From Eledone cirrhosa (taxonomy: Eukaryota), in the NCBI GenBank assembly GCA_964016885.1, contig OZ024742.1:153698001-153762000 (forward strand): a stretch of 64,000 bases of DNA, given 5' to 3'. Below, piece after piece: positions 59,603 through 64,000 of the stretch. The translations under genes were made by a program, and so were the position numbers. A model generated the notes under the pieces. That model searched no databases, was not told the origin of the DNA, and saw nothing but the letters and a program-made list of their open reading frames with translations. Each line of letters opens with the position of its first letter. Position 1 is the first letter of the stretch.

Positions 59603-60280
59603 ATCCAAAATTAAGTTAAGGAATGTCATGCCTGAGAGACATGCGCCATATCCACTGCAGAATAAGCTCAAATATTCCAATGAATAGATCCGAGAATTTC
59701 ATATCAACTAGAAATAGATTGACATATTATATATATAAAATAAACATATGGAACAATCAGAGGGAATAATTTGTAAAGTATGTAAGTACACATAGCTAGG
59801 TAGGTAACCAATTAAAGTTTAACTAGAACTTCAAATATAGATAGCTTTTAAACTGATTAAATTCCTTTGTATATATATCTTTAAATAAAAAATATAGTTC
59901 ACCAATTAATCAGTAAATCACAGTAGTCAAATTCTGGATGGTCACCAAAGGAGAAGATCCAACTACCTGCGCTTACAAAGCAAATGCAAATCTGTGAATG
60001 ACTCGAACCACGTGTTGCATTTTAAAAAATACACACATCGCACAGTGGCGTGAAAAGAATTATCGACAGCTAGAAATAGCAGCCGAGTCCATTCAACTGA
60101 GTTAGCTCTACAATTAAGGGGCCGTATATATATCCAAAATTAAATTAAGGGTTGTCATGTCTGAGAGACATGCGCCATATCCACTGTAGAATAAGCTCAA
60201 ATATTCCAATGAATAGATCCGAGCATTTCATATCAGCTAGATAGAGATTGAGATATATATATATATATATAATAAACATG
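59603..60280. repeat. Partial tandem repeat (period ~528 bp, ~145-bp terminal repeat)
   Basis: ATCCAAAATTAA.TTAAGG..TGTCATG.CTGAGAGACATGCGCC...AGATTGA at 59603 and 60132. Confidence 0.85.
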
Positions 60281-60539
60281 CTTATTGGACATATTACAAT
60301 TGTTTCTCTGGCGACCAGCTCGAACCACGATCGATATGGTGATAAAACCTGACTCTGAAATCACTCGGTCGTCGGATACGTCTCGATTCTACGAAATAGA
60401 TTTTCCTATAGCAGATTTTCCTATAAGAAAATCTGGTTCGTAGAATCGAGACGTATCCGACGACCGAGTGATTTCAGAGTCAAGTTTGATCACCATATCG
60501 AACGTGCCTCGAGCTGGTCGCCCAAGAAACAATGTTACG
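60281..60539. mobile_element. Fold-back element family D with hammerheads at 60288-60382 (-) and 60450-60539 (+)
   Basis: GACGTAT-CCGACGA-[~60-70 nt]-GAAA-CAATTG-TA-ATATGTC; apex near 60410-60425 with duplicated AGATTTTCCTATA. Confidence 0.85.
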
Positions 60540-60705
60540 GTTATATGGCTTGAATCGCCTGAGAATACAAGACTTCCCCCTGGACGTGACGCCAGCTAAT
60601 CGCAGATTTAAACTCCCAGCTATTGCTGGTACACATGTTCAGCTCAGTATACTGGAGCAACGTTGCATAGTTGCATAGTTGCACCCAGTCTTTCGAGTGC
60701 CACTC

Positions 60706-60971
60706 TATACGCTTACTTTCCTCTAATCTCAACTATGCGTAGAAGTGTCGTTGATAGCGTATATCTATATCTATATTTATATCTATAAAATATATTCATA
60801 CGTAAATACGTGAATACGTGTATGTATGTATATATATATATATATATATATACATTCACGTATTCACATATTTACGTATGAATATATTTTATAGATATAA
60901 ATATAGATATAGATATACGCTATCAACGACACTTCTACGCATGGTTGAGATTAGGGGAAAGTAAGCGTATA
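60706..60971. repeat. Inverted repeat (~115-bp arms) around a (TA)n core
   Basis: TATACGCTTACTTTCC...GTGAATACGTG versus CACGTATTCAC...GGAAAGTAAGCGTATA. Confidence 0.9.
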
Positions 60972-62381
60972 TACGTGTGTGTGTGTATATATATCATGTC
61001 ACTCTCGAGTGCTACTGGTAACATGTAACCCAGTGCAACCTGTCTCAGGGTCGGGTCGTCGGTGACTAAACTGGCAACTCTACCAAGTTTGCGTGGTGAG
61101 GAGGGTGATATTTGGACACACCTGACCTGGCAAAGGGCGGAGGAACTCAGCAGAGAGATCCAATTTGCATTTCTTTTTTCACCTGGGAATCAAACGCCCC
61201 GTGTCGTTGTCACACCTTTCTAGGAGAGGCGGAACTCTGACAAAAAAAACCTGCGGCCTCGGAAGCATCCGTTTATAATGACCAGTTCCCCTTTTCGAGT
61301 AGTGTTTTCAATGCTCGGAGAGTTGGATTAGTCGAGTGCGAAGCCTTTACCCACTTAAAAACACCTTCAAAGCACATGCATTGCTTGTTTAAGATCCGTT
61401 ACAGGTTCGTGTGGCTGGCCGTATCATAAAGGTGAACCATTTTCCGTAATCTGACAAGCGATTACAATACTCTTAGCAGAATTTTCAGCAATGATAATAA
61501 TGCGTATACATTAATATGTATATGTATATGGAAATGTATATATATATATACGTGTGTAAGTGCGTGTGTGTTTGTCATATGTCTACCTTATAGGTATGAA
61601 CAGTTTTGCACATTTTGGCACACGCAAACACACCACACAAATTCCCATATATAAGAATGCAAAGTAAACACATATCGAGACATAGATTTAGAAAAAATGC
61701 TTAGCTAGAAATCTGTAAGTTGCGGATTCCTACTAGAATTTCTTCCTGGCATATTACGTGATACATTTTCTAGAATATTTAGGGATACTTCTCTAGTTCA
61801 TATGTTGCAAAGCAGATTTTTCATAAATGATCAATTGCATTAGTCAATATATCTTATATATATAGGCTATAATATATGTACAGTTAAATCCTGATGGCCA
61901 TTTTATGCTTGGCTCCAAAATGAAATAGTTTGCCTCCAAATAACAATATAATAAGTATCGTGAAAAAAATGTGAGACAGAAATAATGCTTTCCTTGAATA
62001 AGTTCAATTCCAATGTCGGCACTGTAGTGACCTCTGATAAACTTGCCATATACAAAAGGGAATGGCGCCATTTGACAAATTGAAGTTTTGTAAATTACAA
62101 AACCTCGAACATAGATGGAGTTATGGTTAAAGATATTGAGATATATTAGCAACAATGTATTTCATTGATGTAACTTCAACCAACATCAAAATGTAACTGT
62201 ATGTAACCAAATAAAGCACTCGTGGATCTCACATTCACTCCCTTTGTATCGCTTTCTCTTTCTTTCTCCTCTCTCACATTCTCTCTCACACTACACACAC
62301 ACACACACACACAACACGCACGCACACACACACACGCACACATACACACACACGTATATATATATATATATATATATATAC

Positions 62382-62412
<31 letters not shown>

Positions 62413-62439
62413 TAATTGAGAGAGTTAATTGAGTCTACC

Positions 62440-62481
<42 letters not shown>

Positions 62482-62486
62482 TAATA

Positions 62487-62576
62487 TAATTGTTTCTACG
62501 TTTGGCATAAGGCCAGCAAACAACCCGTGCATTACTGGTACTTTATTTTATCGACCCCGTAAGGATGAACGGCAAT
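62487..62576 (-). mobile_element. 5'-truncated SINE copy
   Basis: TTGTTTCTAC.TT.GGCA.AAGGCCAGCAA...TTTTATCGACCCCGTAAGGATGAA; possible TSD TACTAATATAAT. Confidence 0.8.
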
Positions 62577-63489
62577 GTACTAATATAATAAAAGTGCGTT
62601 TGAATCGCAAACTATAATGTTCTCAACACTATCACTTACTTACGAGTAATTTTCATCAAAAGAGAAAAGTTTGCACTTATGAAATTATCTATTATATTGT
62701 CGACTAATCACAATTCATCGTCTAAACTCATAATACACTGGTAGTCAGTACAGTCATTAATTTCTGCATATAACCAAAGAGTCAGTACACCCGATCGCTA
62801 TACGACTGACTTATGTAATAGAGTATTTAATAGTATGGAGAGTAATGCAGTATTTTGAAAATGTATGATAATATATAACAAATCAAATCTTAGTAAACTT
62901 CTACATTTTATGTTTTATTTGTCGAGGAGGAATGCAAATGATTCGAAATGTATTTAAGTAGAAACCTATACACGCGGCAATGGTAAATATCTGGAGTTCA
63001 GCAGCATTTTGAATGTGAATTGGTATTGAGCAGTGACAATTTATTTCTTTTGAAAACAGGATAGAAATACTATATGAAATATGGCTCAAAGTAGAACGAT
63101 TTAAAGTATATAGTATGAACGGTTGTTCTCATTAGTCATCTGTGAAATCTAGCTAAATACATACCAGAAATAAATTATTCAGTGTAAAGATCTACTTGAA
63201 AAACTATAGCTAATGAGGGTAAAAATAACATTATTTTGAGGACTAAAAAGCCACATTCATTATGTAACTTTGTCCATGTTTTAATTAGGCGATGTAAGAA
63301 GGCTATAACTTGTATCCCTGACTTGAACGAATAATTGGAATAACAGTAGTCTTTGAATAGCATTAAAATTATCATTGTAAAAAAATGGTACTACTTAGAA
63401 TTTCAATGATCAGAGACAAAATAATTTAACGGTGGTATGAATATAGAAAAAATGAAAAGGCCATTTATTGAGAGAACGATTATAATAAT

Positions 63490-63675
63490 TGTTTCTACTT
63501 TAGGCACAAGGCCAGCAATTATCCAGTGCATTACTGGTACTTTATTTTATCGACCCCGTAAGGATGAAAGGCAAAGTCAACCTCGGCGGGATTTGAACTC
63601 AGATCGTAAAGGGACGTAACTATGCTGGAAAGCATGGCGTCCGACCCTCTACCGATACTGCCAATCCACCGCCCT
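63490..63675 (-). mobile_element. Full-length tRNA-derived SINE with a 19-bp TSD
   Basis: TSD AGAGAACGATTATAATAAT at 63471-63489 and 63676-63694; A and B boxes present. Confidence 0.9.
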
Positions 63676-63806
63676 AGAGAACGATTATAATAATGAATTC
63701 CTAATACACATATTCCGACTCAGAATTTGAACTCATAAATTAGCGATAATATTAACACACCGGTTTTGAGAATGAAGGAACATTTGTCATTAGTTTACAC
63801 ACAACA

Positions 63807-64000
63807 GGGCGGTGGATTGGCAGAGTCGGTAGATGGTTCGACGCTATGCTTTGCAGCATAGAGTTACGAACCTTGAAGGTATGAGTTCAAATCCCACCGA
63901 GGTTAACTTCACCTTTCATATTTACGCGGTCGATAACATAAAGTACTTGTCACGCATTGGGGTCGAATTAATTGACTTTCTCCTCCCCTAACATTGATGG
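63807..64000 (+). mobile_element. tRNA-derived SINE (related subfamily), runs off the window end
   Basis: GGGCGGTGGATTGGCAGAGTCGG (A box) ... GAGTTCAAATCCC (B box) ... GGTCGATAA.ATAAAGTAC. Confidence 0.85.

Noticed and set aside
60995-61480. GC-richer segment, possibly a LINE 5' UTR or an HDV-like ribozyme
   Set aside because: I could not establish the nested pseudoknot or any family identity by eye.
63807-63900. tRNA gene (A and B boxes)
   Set aside because: It is the head of a SINE with several dispersed copies and no cloverleaf.

Overview
AT-rich eukaryotic, repeat-dominated window with no convincing host protein-coding exon; the tRNA-derived SINE and the density of (TA)n/(CA)n/(GA)n tracts suggest an octopus/cephalopod genome (inference). 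Almost all long ORFs in the track are microsatellite read-throughs or retroelement remnants. Recognisable elements: several Penelope-like elements (PLEs; RT C-terminus plus C-terminal GIY-YIG), a decayed Tx1/L1-type LINE (31.6-36.3 kb), an RTE-like RT remnant, a non-autonomous Helitron and several SINE copies. The main signal is structural. More than a dozen fold-back (head-to-head palindromic) or partially tandem insertions, from about 0.1 to 3.7 kb, sit in (TA)n tracts. They belong to roughly ten sequence families, and most carry a type I minimal hammerhead ribozyme (stem I - CUGANGA - stem II - GAAA - palindromic stem III - UH - stem I'). I count more than 25 intact or degenerate hammerhead motifs. 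Several have an unusually long (50-100 nt) stem II and a mismatched or bulged stem II base. Fold-back apices often fall at or near the ribozyme core, and both outer ends merge into (TA)n through AT microhomology. This suggests a (TA)n-targeting, ribozyme-bearing, twin-primed system of PLEs plus non-autonomous retrozyme-like derivatives. All coordinates and pairings were read by eye.
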